Shown in pieces: positions 17,985-27,802 of a stretch of DNA of 64,000 nucleotides. How positions within the stretch are numbered: the stretch's first letter is position 1; each line of letters starts with the position of its first letter. This stretch comes from Chroococcidiopsis thermalis PCC 7203 (GTDB taxonomy: Bacteria > Cyanobacteriota > Cyanobacteriia > Cyanobacteriales > Chroococcidiopsidaceae). Below the pieces are notes generated by a model. That model worked only from the letters and a program-made list of their open reading frames with translations, was not told the DNA's origin and did no database searches. The stretch lies in NCBI RefSeq assembly GCF_000317125.1, contig NC_019695.1:358336-422335 (forward strand). The letters are read 5' to 3'. Made by a program: the position numbers and the translations under genes.

Positions 17985-18863
17985 ATGAGTGAAACTTTAC
18001 CAATTTCCTCCAAATATCATATTTTAAAGCTAGTTGGACAAGGGCAATTCGGACGAGTCTACTGTGCTATTGATAAAAAAAATGGTAAAACTGTAGCACT
18101 TAAAGAACTCGACCAACAAAAGTTTCCCACGAAAAAGTTTTTACGAGAATTACATTTCTTATCTAGCTTGCAGCATCCAAATATCATTTCTTTCCAAGGT
18201 ATAGAGCATATAAAAAATGCAAGATTTCTGGTTATGGACTATTGCGAAGCCGGAACTTTGCGTAATTTCATGCAAAGCGATGACTTTAATCTCATTCACG
18301 GTTTGAAATTTATTACAGATATTCTTGCTGGACTGGGACACGCACACACTCGTGGTGTCGTTCACTGCGATATTAAGCCAGAAAATATTTTAATTAGTAT
18401 AGGTTCTACTAGCTACTTAGCTCGGATTTCTGATTTTGGTTTAGCAAGAGTTTGTCAAGAAATTTCTACAGATAAAATTATCTGTACTGGTTCTCCTGCA
18501 TATATGGCTCCAGAAAGATTTTATGGTAAATCTTCTCCAGCGTCAGATCTTTATGCAGTTGGAGTCATGCTGTACGAGTTGGTTTTGGGTTTTCGTCCTT
18601 TTTCAGGAATGCCAGGAGAATTGATGACAGCTCACATGAATCAAGCTGTGGAAATTCCTAGCGCTGTTCCGCTCTTACTACGTTCTACAATCTCCACTGC
18701 CATGCAAAAATTCCCTAACAAGCGGTTTCCATCAGCAGCTGAGATGATGAAGTCAGTGCAATTAGCCATAGAAGTAGAAAAAGTAACGTACGGTAATATT
18801 CCTCCTCTAAATATACCTTCTAATATTCCTTCATTCTCTTACCTAAATAGTACGCAAGCCTAG
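17985..18863 (+). CDS. Hanks-type Ser/Thr protein kinase
   Basis: GQGQFGRVY...ALKEL (ATP-binding Lys), HCDIKPENIL, DFGLAR, GSPAYMAPE. Locally AT-rich. Confidence 0.85.
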   Translation: MSETLPISSKYHILKLVGQGQFGRVYCAIDKKNGKTVALKELDQQKFPTKKFLRELHFLSSLQHPNIISFQGIEHIKNARFLVMDYCEAGTLRNFMQSDDFNLIHGLKFITDILAGLGHAHTRGVVHCDIKPENILISIGSTSYLARISDFGLARVCQEISTDKIICTGSPAYMAPERFYGKSSPASDLYAVGVMLYELVLGFRPFSGMPGELMTAHMNQAVEIPSAVPLLLRSTISTAMQKFPNKRFPSAAEMMKSVQLAIEVEKVTYGNIPPLNIPSNIPSFSYLNSTQA

Positions 18864-18962
18864 TAAACTAATAAGCTAATCAATTGCGATCGCCACATTT
18901 TTTGTTTAAGAATCTACTTATTTTTTGACGACATCACGTTACCTTTACTATCAATTAATATC

Positions 18963-19685
18963 ATGAGCTACTTAGTTAAACCTGGATTCTCGACTTGTTA
19001 TTATATTCGTAAACTCTTGCTACAAAACGAAGAGGAATTGAAAACAATCTTGAGTCAAAAAGCCGGCTTTTGTTTCAACACACAAGAAACTTTAGAAAAG
19101 CTTTTAAGAGGAATTTATCTGGAAGAAACGATCGAACAACTTTTACAAACTCTTTATGCCGATACTACTGAAATTTCTACTAAAGTTGAAAAACTGGAAG
19201 TGTTAGTAGCCAATCATCAAAGAATTTCTGTAGAAAGTCCCCATAACTATCAAGGATTAGGCGAGATTAAACGCCAGATCTTATGGATATTAGGTTTTAA
19301 GCGAGTAGCTGTCAAGATTGAAGATATAGTTCAAGCCCTGGTTCAATTGAATGAATATAGTATCAATTACATAGGGCGCACGTTGACTATCAACACATGG
19401 AAATCAACTCGTCCTGATTTTGAATGGCTAAATTTATTTGAATTCGATCGGTTTGGCAAAATCACCTTTGCTGGACAAGGAAAGGATGTAGCCAATGTCG
19501 AACAACTCAATTGGTTACAAGAATGGATCGTTGGCTACGTCTGTCAAGTTGCTCAGTTCATCCGCGACTTTACAACTACAATTGAATATAAAAAAATTGG
19601 TGAATTACCGGAAGGGGTATTAATTACTCAAGTTACTTCTTACTCTCACTGGGTTGCTGCAAAACCGCGATCGGCACAAGTTTGA
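18963..19685 (+). CDS. Hypothetical protein, probably co-transcribed with the kinase
   Basis: 240-aa ORF with no recognisable motif. Same strand and the same AT-rich composition as the kinase. Confidence 0.4.
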   Translation: MSYLVKPGFSTCYYIRKLLLQNEEELKTILSQKAGFCFNTQETLEKLLRGIYLEETIEQLLQTLYADTTEISTKVEKLEVLVANHQRISVESPHNYQGLGEIKRQILWILGFKRVAVKIEDIVQALVQLNEYSINYIGRTLTINTWKSTRPDFEWLNLFEFDRFGKITFAGQGKDVANVEQLNWLQEWIVGYVCQVAQFIRDFTTTIEYKKIGELPEGVLITQVTSYSHWVAAKPRSAQV

Positions 19686-19689
19686 CAGT

Positions 19690-19800
19690 TAACAGTTATC
19701 AGTCATCAGTGACTAGTGACAAGAATTGAATCTGATTCCACTAGTCACTAGCCACAAGCCACTCACTAAACCCCACTCCCGACTCCCGACTCCCCAACAC
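19690..19800. repeat. Composite repeats: CAGTTAT, GTCACTAGTGAC palindrome, (CCCGACT)n
   Basis: Visible; located at the convergent junction with the NUDIX gene. Confidence 0.7.
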
Positions 19801-19808
19801 AAAGTTAT

Positions 19809-20360
19809 TTATTGGGAAGGAAATAAAAACGGTTTAGCTAGGACAAAACTAGCAATAGATTTAGCATCTATTGGTTGTCCGACGAGAATGGCTTGTTCAA
19901 ATTCCTGGGGTGTCATGAAGACTGTTTCTATATCTTCGTCCGCATCCTGACTAGGAGGCGCATCCAAAGGAACTAAATCTTGCGCTAAAAAACTATAAAT
20001 AATTTCATCAGAATAACCAGGGGCAAGAAAGAATTGTCCTAGTTTTTGCCATTTTTGAGCGCGATAGCCTGTCTCTTCCTCAATTTCTCTTTGAATCGTG
20101 TCAAACGGTTCTTCGTTTGGCTCTACAGTCCCGGCAGGGAATTCTAAAATTCTGCCTTGTGTGGCAAAGCGATATTGCCACAATAAAATTAATTTACCTT
20201 CTGGAGTAATAGGAACAGCTAAAGCGCCTCCCGGGTGACGGACGCATTCCCAATCGCCTTCAACTTGGTTAGGTAAACGATAGCGATTGACTTCAAAACT
20301 AAATTTACGCCCTTGGTAAAACAGGCGATGTTTGAGCAATTGTGGCGGTTCTTGCATCAT
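19809..20360 (-). CDS. NUDIX hydrolase (ADP-ribose pyrophosphatase-like)
   Basis: Nudix box GTVEPNEEPFDTIQREIEEETG. Start taken at MMQEPPQ rather than the upstream in-frame Met, which lies in repeat DNA. Confidence 0.75.
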   Translation of the reverse strand: MMQEPPQLLKHRLFYQGRKFSFEVNRYRLPNQVEGDWECVRHPGGALAVPITPEGKLILLWQYRFATQGRILEFPAGTVEPNEEPFDTIQREIEEETGYRAQKWQKLGQFFLAPGYSDEIIYSFLAQDLVPLDAPPSQDADEDIETVFMTPQEFEQAILVGQPIDAKSIASFVLAKPFLFPSQ

Positions 20361-20399
20361 GTGAGGGAGTAGGGAACAAAATTCAAAATTCACGCATTG

Positions 20400-20525
20400 G
20401 GACAAGCACAAGTCGCAAGTCACAAGTTGCATTTAAAATACGCACCACTTAACAACCGTCAACTGTCAACCAACTACCAACTACCAATTACCATTTTTCA
20501 CTGATAACTGTTCACTGATAACTGA
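20400..20525. repeat. STRR-like arrays: (ACAAGTC)n, (CAACTGT)n, (CCAACTA)n, (CACTGATAACTGTT)2
   Basis: Visible tandem repeats. Confidence 0.8.
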
Positions 20526-20980
20526 CTCCAGTACAGTCTACAGCTTGAAGTAGCGTGGCGATCGCTTTACCAGATACAGGATCGATCCAATTGGGGGCAA
20601 TTTCTGCTAATGGGACGAGAACAAAAGCGCGTTCTCTCATGCGGGGATGAGGTAGGGTAAGGTTAGGAGTATCGAGAATAAGATCGTCGTACAACAGCAG
20701 GTCAATGTCAAGCGTCCTCGCGCCCCAACGTTCTTGGCGCACGCGCCCAAATTTTGCTTCAGTTGCCAGTAGAATATCTAACAATTCCTGGGGAGACAGT
20801 TGAACCTGAAGTACTGCACAACCATTAATATAGTCTGGCTGAGGTGGTCCCACTGCTTTCGTGCGATACCAGCTAGACTTTGCTGCGATCGCAATCTCAG
20901 GCATCTCGGCTAAAGTTGCTAAAGCAGCCTCCACAATAGCCAAAGAATCACCAAGATTACTTCCCAGGGCGATCGCGCAA
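20512..20980 (-). CDS. folK: 2-amino-4-hydroxy-6-hydroxymethyldihydropteridine pyrophosphokinase (HPPK)
   Basis: IALGSNLGDS near the N-terminus, then RTLDIDLLLYDD and PHPRMRERAFVLVPL. The annotated ATG start (MTNYQLPITNYQLPITN) is a translation of the CCAATTA/CCAACTA repeat array, so the real start is probably further in and may be non-ATG. Confidence 0.75.
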
Positions 20981-21060
20981 TTAGTAATTGGTAATTGGTA
21001 ATTGGTAATTGGTAGTTGGTAGTTGGTCACTGATAGCTGATAACTGACAACTGATAACTG
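20975..21060. repeat. STRR-like (GGTAATT)4(GGTAGTT)2 + (CTGATAA)n
   Basis: Visible tandem repeats. Confidence 0.85.
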
Positions 21061-21163
21061 TTTAATAGTGTGTCACTTAAGACTCAAATCTTAAACAGGG
21101 ATTAAAATATGCAAGACGGTTATAGCTTTGAAATGGGATTCGTAGTAGTTACGCGCGATCGCG

Positions 21164-23419
21164 TTGGTGCGATCGGATTTATCCGCTATTTTGAGGAGTG
21201 AGCAACCAAAGCTGATGGAACCAGATTCAACAGGGCAAAGTCCATCTGGAAAATTTTCCGATCGCCATCATGGGCGATCTTCAGGCAGTTCCCAGAAATC
21301 GTCTATTAAATCTCGCTACAAACCCCTCTATTTTCGGTTCTGGTTTTGGTTGCTTGTGGGTTTTGGCGGCGGGCTAGCGGCATTGAGTAGTGTTTGGTTA
21401 TCTATAGAGGGTAGTCTACCACCAGCCAATGAACTATTGGCTACTGTGCGGAGTCAAACCCTAACGATCGCGGCTGGAGATGGCACAATTTTACAGCAGC
21501 AAGGACCTGCAACTAGAGAACCGTTGAAAATAGAGCAAATTCCCAAACCTCTAGTTCAAGCTTTTATTGCTTCGGAAGACAGGCGCTTTTATCAACATCG
21601 CGGTTTCGATCGCCAGGGAATTTTCAGGGCAGTCTGGGCGAATTTGCGTTCGGCTAATTTGGTGGAGGGTGGTAGTACCATTACCCAACAATTGGCACGA
21701 ATTCTCTTTTTAAATCAAGAGCGGAGTTTGTGGCGCAAACTGAAAGAGATCCGCGTTGCCATGAAGATTGAGGAGAATTTAAGTAAAGACCAAATTTTAG
21801 AGCGTTATCTCAACTCAGTTTATTTGGGACAAGGGGCTTATGGCGTAGCAGATGCGGCTTGGGTTTATTTCAGCAAGTCAGTTAACCAGCTGACACTATC
21901 TGAGATGGCAACAATTGCCGGATTAGCGCCAGCACCAAATTTTTATTCTCCTACAGTGAATAAATCGGCAGCAATTGGGCGGCGCAACATGGTATTGCAG
22001 CGGATGCAGGAGGATGGAGTCATTCATGCATCTGAGGCGATGGCAGCGAAAAATGCACCTTTAACGGTAAAAACAAGTTCTCCTAAACGGCTTCAAGCTA
22101 AAGCTTCTTACTTTACTACCTACATTCAACGAGAACTACCCAAATACGTTCCTGCGGATGTCCTTAAAGCAGGCGGACTGACTGTAGAAACTAGCCTCAA
22201 TCCTAAATGGCAGCAAGCAGCGGAAGCAGTTGTGTTAAAAACTGTAACCGAGAATGGGAAATGGCAAAGATTCGGGCAAGCAGCACTAGTGGCGATCGAT
22301 CCCCGTAACGGCGAAGTCAGGGCAATGGTAGGGGGGACGGATTTCGGCAAACATCAGTTCAATCGCGCTACTCAAGCCCAAAGACAACCAGGATCGACAT
22401 TTAAAGGATTTGTCTATACAGCTGCGATCGCTAGCGGTCTTTCTCCTTACAAACAATACCTTGACTCTCCCTTCAAAGTCGATGGTTACGAACCGAAAAA
22501 CTTCAGCGAGAGATTTCGGGGCGAAATGTCGATGCGGGATGCTCTGGCTGCTTCAATTAACGTAGTCGCAGTCAAGGTGTTAATGGATGTAGGCTTCGAC
22601 CCTACAATTAAACTCGCCCAATCGATGGGAATTAAATCGCCTTTAATCCCTGCTTATTCTTTAGCTTTAGGTTCGGCAGAAGTCAATTTGTTGGAATTGA
22701 GCAGCGCCTATGGTTCTTTGGCAACTGGGGGAATGCATACAGAAGCTCATGGCATCCGGCGAATCCGCGATCGCAGTGGTAATATTATCTACGATGCTAA
22801 ATTTACATCTCGGCGCGTTTTAGACCCAGACAGCGCGGCGATCGCAACTTGGATGTTAAGAAATGTCATCACTGCTGGAACTGGCGGTGCGGCAGCTTTG
22901 GTAGATCGTTCTGTTGCAGGTAAAACTGGGACATCGGATAAAGCTCGCGATTTATGGTTTGTCGGATACATTCCCCAACTTGTCACCGGAGTTTGGTTAG
23001 GAAACGATAACAATCAACCCACGGCAGGTAGTAGTAGTACAGCAGCCTATGCCTGGAATCGGTTTATGGTGCAAGCCGTGGAAGGCATGGAAGTAGAGAA
23101 ATTTGCCGCTTTACCTAACTTAGACAACCGCAAACCTACGATTAAACGACAACCAGTTAAACCCAGAAGAATATCGATTGGCAAAATCACCGACCAAAAT
23201 AGCGAAGGTGGTTCTCTACGCCAAGGAGAAAACTCAGAAAATTACCAACCTACCCGCAGAAGACGCAGACGCGATCGACAAAGCCAACTGCGGGGCAGTC
23301 TTTGGCGATCGCGCTTGCAGCGTCAAACCCCCGCCGATCCACAACGCTACAATCGACTCATGGATCGCTTGCGTCAAAACCGCATTCCACGCCAACCAAC
23401 CCTTGACAGTGACCAGTGA
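21164..23419 (+). CDS. Class A penicillin-binding protein (PBP1A-type transglycosylase/transpeptidase)
   Basis: Transglycosylase motifs (EDRRFYQHRGFD, ITQQLAR) and transpeptidase motifs (STFK, SIN, KTGT), with a basic R-rich C-terminal tail. The exact start is uncertain; MEPDSTG is an alternative. Confidence 0.85.
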   Translation: MVRSDLSAILRSEQPKLMEPDSTGQSPSGKFSDRHHGRSSGSSQKSSIKSRYKPLYFRFWFWLLVGFGGGLAALSSVWLSIEGSLPPANELLATVRSQTLTIAAGDGTILQQQGPATREPLKIEQIPKPLVQAFIASEDRRFYQHRGFDRQGIFRAVWANLRSANLVEGGSTITQQLARILFLNQERSLWRKLKEIRVAMKIEENLSKDQILERYLNSVYLGQGAYGVADAAWVYFSKSVNQLTLSEMATIAGLAPAPNFYSPTVNKSAAIGRRNMVLQRMQEDGVIHASEAMAAKNAPLTVKTSSPKRLQAKASYFTTYIQRELPKYVPADVLKAGGLTVETSLNPKWQQAAEAVVLKTVTENGKWQRFGQAALVAIDPRNGEVRAMVGGTDFGKHQFNRATQAQRQPGSTFKGFVYTAAIASGLSPYKQYLDSPFKVDGYEPKNFSERFRGEMSMRDALAASINVVAVKVLMDVGFDPTIKLAQSMGIKSPLIPAYSLALGSAEVNLLELSSAYGSLATGGMHTEAHGIRRIRDRSGNIIYDAKFTSRRVLDPDSAAIATWMLRNVITAGTGGAAALVDRSVAGKTGTSDKARDLWFVGYIPQLVTGVWLGNDNNQPTAGSSSTAAYAWNRFMVQAVEGMEVEKFAALPNLDNRKPTIKRQPVKPRRISIGKITDQNSEGGSLRQGENSENYQPTRRRRRRDRQSQLRGSLWRSRLQRQTPADPQRYNRLMDRLRQNRIPRQPTLDSDQ

Positions 23420-23500
23420 CCAGTTATCAGTGACCAGCTATCAGCGCTCTCTTGCCAACTACCAACTACCAATTACCAATTACCACTCCTCACTGATAAC
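23400..23500. repeat. STRR-like (GTGACCA/GTTATCA)n + (CCAACTA/CCAATTA)n + CTGATAA
   Basis: Visible. Partly translated as the C-terminal tail of the PBP ORF. Confidence 0.8.
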
Positions 23501-23597
23501 TGACGTTTAAGGAATTCGTAAGAGTCCAAAAAAACATGACGAGCTAGACTGAAGGGGAACTCTTCCTTGGAAAGTGCAGAGCTTAGCGTAGAATCTT

Positions 23598-25094
23598 ATG
23601 GCACAGCAAAGCTTTGGTGTGATTGGACTAGCGGTAATGGGTGAAAACCTTGCCCTAAACGTCGAGCGTAATGGTTTTCCCATCGCAGTTTACAATCGCA
23701 CTCCCGAAAAAACCAATGCATTCATGACAGAGCGGGCGCAGGGCAAAAATGCCGTTGCTACCTACTCTTTAGAAGAATTTGTCAATGCGCTAGAACGCCC
23801 CCGCAAGATTTTGATCATGGTTAAAGCTGGTGCGCCAGTGGATGCAGTAATTCAGCAGCTCAAACCCTTGTTGGATGAAGGCGACATTATCATTGATGGG
23901 GGCAACTCGCTGTATGACGATACGGCGCGACGCACTCGCGAATTAGAACCAGAAGGCTTCCGCTTTATCGGTATGGGCGTAAGTGGAGGTGAAGAAGGGG
24001 CATTGAATGGTCCTAGCTTAATGCCAGGGGGAACGAAAAGTTCCTACGAATATTTGTCACCGATTTTTAATAAAATTGCCGCTCAAGTAGAAGACGGTCC
24101 CTGCGTGACTTATATCGGTCCTGGGGGCGCAGGTCACTACGTCAAAATGGTTCACAATGGCATTGAGTACGGCGATATGCAGTTGATTGCCGAAGCCTAC
24201 AGCCTCCTCAAAGATGGTTTGGGTTTGGATAATCGGCAACTGCACGAAATTTTTGCCGAGTGGAATACTACCGAAGAACTCGATTCCTATTTGATTGAAA
24301 TCACTGCAGATATTTTCCGCTATATCGACCCCGACACCAAAAATCACTTGGTCGATATGATTCTCGATTCTGCCGGACAAAAAGGTACGGGGCGCTGGAC
24401 GGTGCAAAGTGCTTTGGAGTTTGGCGTATGTATTCCCACGATTACGGCAGCGGTGAACGCGCGGATTATGTCCTCTTACAAGCAAGAGCGAGTAGCTGCA
24501 TCCCAAATGTTACCCGGTCCTACAGGCACGTATCAAGGCGATCCGAAGGCATTCATCAATATGGTGCGGGATGCATTATATTGTTCTAAAATCTGCTCTT
24601 ATGCTCAAGGAATGGCGCTGTTAGCGACAGCATCCAAAGAGTATTCTTATGACCTGAATTTGAGCGAAATGGCGCGGATTTGGAAAGGCGGCTGTATTAT
24701 TCGCGCTAGATTTTTAGGTAAGATTCAGAGTGCTTTCATTGAAAATCCGAACTTACCCAACTTGCTGTTGGCTCCAGAGTTTAGACAAACAATTCTCGAT
24801 CGCCAAGATGCATGGCGGGAAGTTTTAGCAGCGGCGGCGAAACTCGGCATTCCCGTACCTGCATTTAGTGCGTCGTTAGATTATTTTGACAGCTACAGAC
24901 GCGATCGCTTGCCCCAAAACCTGACGCAAGCTCAACGCGACTACTTCGGCGCTCACACTTACGAACGTACTGACAAAGAAGGCTTCTTCCATACCGAGTG
25001 GACGAAGTTCTCTGAGGAATCGGTACAAACTTCTACCCCAGAACCGCTACAAGCAGATCAGCCAACGACTCCTCAACCAACGGGAAGTCGTTAG
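23598..25094 (+). CDS. gnd: 6-phosphogluconate dehydrogenase, decarboxylating
   Basis: N-terminal [19 protein letters not shown] fold; GxSGGEEGA and [16 protein letters not shown] motifs. Confidence 0.9.
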   Translation: MAQQSFGVIGLAVMGENLALNVERNGFPIAVYNRTPEKTNAFMTERAQGKNAVATYSLEEFVNALERPRKILIMVKAGAPVDAVIQQLKPLLDEGDIIIDGGNSLYDDTARRTRELEPEGFRFIGMGVSGGEEGALNGPSLMPGGTKSSYEYLSPIFNKIAAQVEDGPCVTYIGPGGAGHYVKMVHNGIEYGDMQLIAEAYSLLKDGLGLDNRQLHEIFAEWNTTEELDSYLIEITADIFRYIDPDTKNHLVDMILDSAGQKGTGRWTVQSALEFGVCIPTITAAVNARIMSSYKQERVAASQMLPGPTGTYQGDPKAFINMVRDALYCSKICSYAQGMALLATASKEYSYDLNLSEMARIWKGGCIIRARFLGKIQSAFIENPNLPNLLLAPEFRQTILDRQDAWREVLAAAAKLGIPVPAFSASLDYFDSYRRDRLPQNLTQAQRDYFGAHTYERTDKEGFFHTEWTKFSEESVQTSTPEPLQADQPTTPQPTGSR

Positions 25095-25103
25095 GAAAGA
25101 TAC

Positions 25104-25137
25104 AGGGTGCGTTATCAACGCACCCTTTAAGTATTAT
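25104..25137. terminator. Bidirectional terminator hairpin AGGGTGCG-ttatcaa-CGCACCCT + T-rich
   Basis: Perfect 8-bp stem lying between the convergent gnd gene and the small secreted protein gene. Confidence 0.65.
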
Positions 25138-25140
25138 TGA

Positions 25141-25479
25141 TTAAAAACCAATTCTAATCTGCACGGAATTACGGCGTGGATAGTAGTATCGTCCGTGCCT
25201 GTAGCGGCGATGATATCTTTTACCATATCTATAAGGATCGTAGAAGCGATCGTACCCATACCAATCGGGACGATAAAGTCGATAGCGCGGACGGCGATGC
25301 CAATCGCGTCTGTAGTGTCGATGATAGTCACGGTCGCGCCATCGGGAGGGAACGACAATAATTCCCGCGCGATCGCCAATCGTGACACCAAAATCTACGC
25401 CAGTTTCGGCTTTCGCGGGTGCTGCGGTGCAAATTGTCAGTAATGCAGTCAGGGCGAGGATTTTAGCTTTCATTGCCAC
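25141..25479 (-). CDS. Small secreted Arg/Tyr/His-rich protein
   Basis: Signal peptide (MAMKAKILALTALLTICTAAPAKA) followed by highly basic RY/H-rich repeats (RWRDRDYHRHYRRDWHRRPRYRLYRPDWYGYDRFYDPYRYGKRYHRRYRHGRYYY). Confidence 0.5.
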   Translation of the reverse strand: MAMKAKILALTALLTICTAAPAKAETGVDFGVTIGDRAGIIVVPSRWRDRDYHRHYRRDWHRRPRYRLYRPDWYGYDRFYDPYRYGKRYHRRYRHGRYYYPRRNSVQIRIGF

Positions 25480-25664
25480 TCACCTCAAATTTTAGCGAGG
25501 ATGAGAATGCTGTTTAATTTATACTCTCAGTGTATCAGTTATTAGGGAGCAGGGAGCGCACGAGCAGAGAACAGCGATCGACAACCAACTACCAACTACC
25601 ACTACTCACTTCTCCGCGACCAAATATACAATAGATAAAATCTATCTTAGGGAAGACATGATGT

Positions 25665-26699
25665 ATGTCCCTTGCTGTTGAGTTAGATGCTGCTGAGGAA
25701 AGTACTGTAGTTAAAGTTAGGAGTGCGATCGCTCACGCAGTGGCGGGACGGTTGCGATTGCGCTTGCTCCAGCCAATCGAAGATGCAGCTTATGCTCAAT
25801 TAGAGCAGCAAATTCGATCTTTAGCATTTGTTGAAAGCATTAGAGTCAATCCTACAGTGGGTTGTCTGACCATTACTTATGAAGTAACTCAGTTTGCAAG
25901 CACTCCTATCCCGCCCTTGGAATTGCTAGCAGCGATCGCACAGGTAAGCAATTTACAAATAGATTTAGGTACAAATATATCAGATAGCATGAATTCCGAT
26001 CGCCAGCCTGACGCGGCTCAGTCACAGTTGAGAACATTTGGTGCAACTTTGGTTGGTGGAGCGGTAGGAGATATGTTTGGCGGCGCTATCGGTGCTACAG
26101 CGGGAGCGATCGTCATGGGACCCGCAGGTGCTATTTTGGGAGGTCAGATTGGTGTTTTTGTTGGTAGCATTATTGGCGCTCAAATTGGCGCTGAAACCGT
26201 TCATCATGTTGACCAGTTTGTATCATTAGCTAATATTCAAGGAACTGGACTAACAGCAGAAAAAATTGCTCAAACCCTGCAAAAGAGAGCAAGCGAAAAA
26301 ATGGGCGAAACTACTGGGCAAATTTTTGGCGCAGTTGCGGGTAAGGTAGTTTTAGGTCCAACAGGGGCAGTTTTTGGTTCAATTTTAGGTGGAGCTATTG
26401 GCGCTCAGCTAGGAGAAGACACGGCGACTGCAACCAATCCCCAGAGATTGCCAGCAACGACTCAGCAATGGTTCGTTCAGACAACTCAAAAGTTTGTCGG
26501 TGAAACCGCAACAGTAACGGTAGGAGGGGCTGTTGGTAAAATCGTGCTTGGTTCTCCAGGTCAACAGATGGGTTTGAAGTTGGGCAAGCGCATTTCTAAA
26601 ATAGTAGAGTGGGATACAACACCACACCGAGTTGTAGATATTACGCCTACGCCACAGTTATTGGGAGAAACACAAACAGGCGATCGCCAATCCTACTAA
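25665..26699 (+). CDS. Glycine-zipper (GxxxG-rich) membrane-associated protein
   Basis: Multiple GxxxGxxxG tracts (GGAVGDMFGGAIGATAGAIVMGPAGAILGGQIGVFVGSIIGAQIG). Confidence 0.5.
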   Translation: MSLAVELDAAEESTVVKVRSAIAHAVAGRLRLRLLQPIEDAAYAQLEQQIRSLAFVESIRVNPTVGCLTITYEVTQFASTPIPPLELLAAIAQVSNLQIDLGTNISDSMNSDRQPDAAQSQLRTFGATLVGGAVGDMFGGAIGATAGAIVMGPAGAILGGQIGVFVGSIIGAQIGAETVHHVDQFVSLANIQGTGLTAEKIAQTLQKRASEKMGETTGQIFGAVAGKVVLGPTGAVFGSILGGAIGAQLGEDTATATNPQRLPATTQQWFVQTTQKFVGETATVTVGGAVGKIVLGSPGQQMGLKLGKRISKIVEWDTTPHRVVDITPTPQLLGETQTGDRQSY

Positions 26700-26783
26700 G
26701 CTGTCACATATTCAATTTGCATTATCAGGGCAATTAATGCTATTTGCCTTAGACATTTTGACTTTTGACTTTTAACTTTTGAC

Positions 26784-27800
26784 TTGCTTTGTAGATTCAG
26801 CAGTAAGATCGGGAAGTCGCTCGACTTTTTGGCTGTGCTGGGCATTCTGATAGTTCTCCTATCTTCCTTTGTCTTATCTTTCCACAACATCACCGTTCGA
26901 GTTCTATTTGCAGAGCATCTCGTTCTCGGTTTATTTCTTTTGGGTGGATACGTTAAACCCGATTTGCCTCATTCGTTCTTGCTGATGTTCATGCGAATGC
27001 TGTTAGTGGTTCCACTCATGGCATTTCTCGCACCCAAGTTGTACCCGTCTGCATGGAAAGAATGCCAAAACTTATTCCACCGCGATCGCCGCGATGTTCT
27101 GGTGCAGGCATTTGGCTGTGGAGTATTGATGTTTGTCTATGTTGCCTCACTCTACGTTGCCATTGGGTTGATTCCAACTGGCATCGCCATGACGCTATTT
27201 TTCACCTATCCCATATTCACAGCACTATTAGCTTGGCAATTTTTTGGCGATCGCCCAACACTGTTTCGCTGGGTCGTTATGGGCATCATTTTAGTAGGTA
27301 GTGCCTTTACAATTCCTCAATCTACGCCTACTCAGAATAGTTATGCAATTGCGATCGGCATTCTTGCCAGCGTCGGCTCTGGAGTTGTTTATGCTCTTTA
27401 TACAGTCATTGCCCAAAAATGCTTTGAAAAACTGCATCCCATTCCCTTCACCTGGATCAGTTTTGCTACCACGCTGCTATTTTCTGGCATGAGTCTGTTA
27501 TTTTGGCAACTCCCCTATACCAATCTTGCCTGGACACCTTTATGGATTGGCGGCATATTTTCAGGGTTAGTGAGTTTTCTCGGACACATTTTGAATAATA
27601 TTGGTATTCGCTCGATTGGTGCAACCGCTGCCTCTATAATTGGTTCTAGCAGTCCGGCATTGACAGCATTAGTTGCTTGGCTAATAATTCACGAAACCTT
27701 AAATACAGTTCAAATTTTAGGGATTGGTATTGTCACGTTGGGTATTGCTTTGTTGAGTGGTGAACGAGCTTTAATTAAGCGATCGCATCACCCTAACTGA
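26784..27800 (+). CDS. DMT-superfamily (EamA-like) transporter
   Basis: About 10 TM segments with duplicated EamA-like halves. The true start may be at a downstream Met. Confidence 0.6.
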   Translation: MLCRFSSKIGKSLDFLAVLGILIVLLSSFVLSFHNITVRVLFAEHLVLGLFLLGGYVKPDLPHSFLLMFMRMLLVVPLMAFLAPKLYPSAWKECQNLFHRDRRDVLVQAFGCGVLMFVYVASLYVAIGLIPTGIAMTLFFTYPIFTALLAWQFFGDRPTLFRWVVMGIILVGSAFTIPQSTPTQNSYAIAIGILASVGSGVVYALYTVIAQKCFEKLHPIPFTWISFATTLLFSGMSLLFWQLPYTNLAWTPLWIGGIFSGLVSFLGHILNNIGIRSIGATAASIIGSSSPALTALVAWLIIHETLNTVQILGIGIVTLGIALLSGERALIKRSHHPN

Positions 27801-27802
27801 AA

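Noticed and set aside
24057-24506. Minus-strand 149-aa ORF inside gnd
   Set aside because: Antisense to a highly conserved, unambiguous 6-phosphogluconate dehydrogenase gene.
25134-25391. Minus-strand 85-aa ORF overlapping the 112-aa secreted-protein ORF in another frame, plus plus-strand ORFs 25176-25443
   Set aside because: The 112-aa frame has a canonical signal peptide and a start following the bidirectional terminator. The alternatives have no features.
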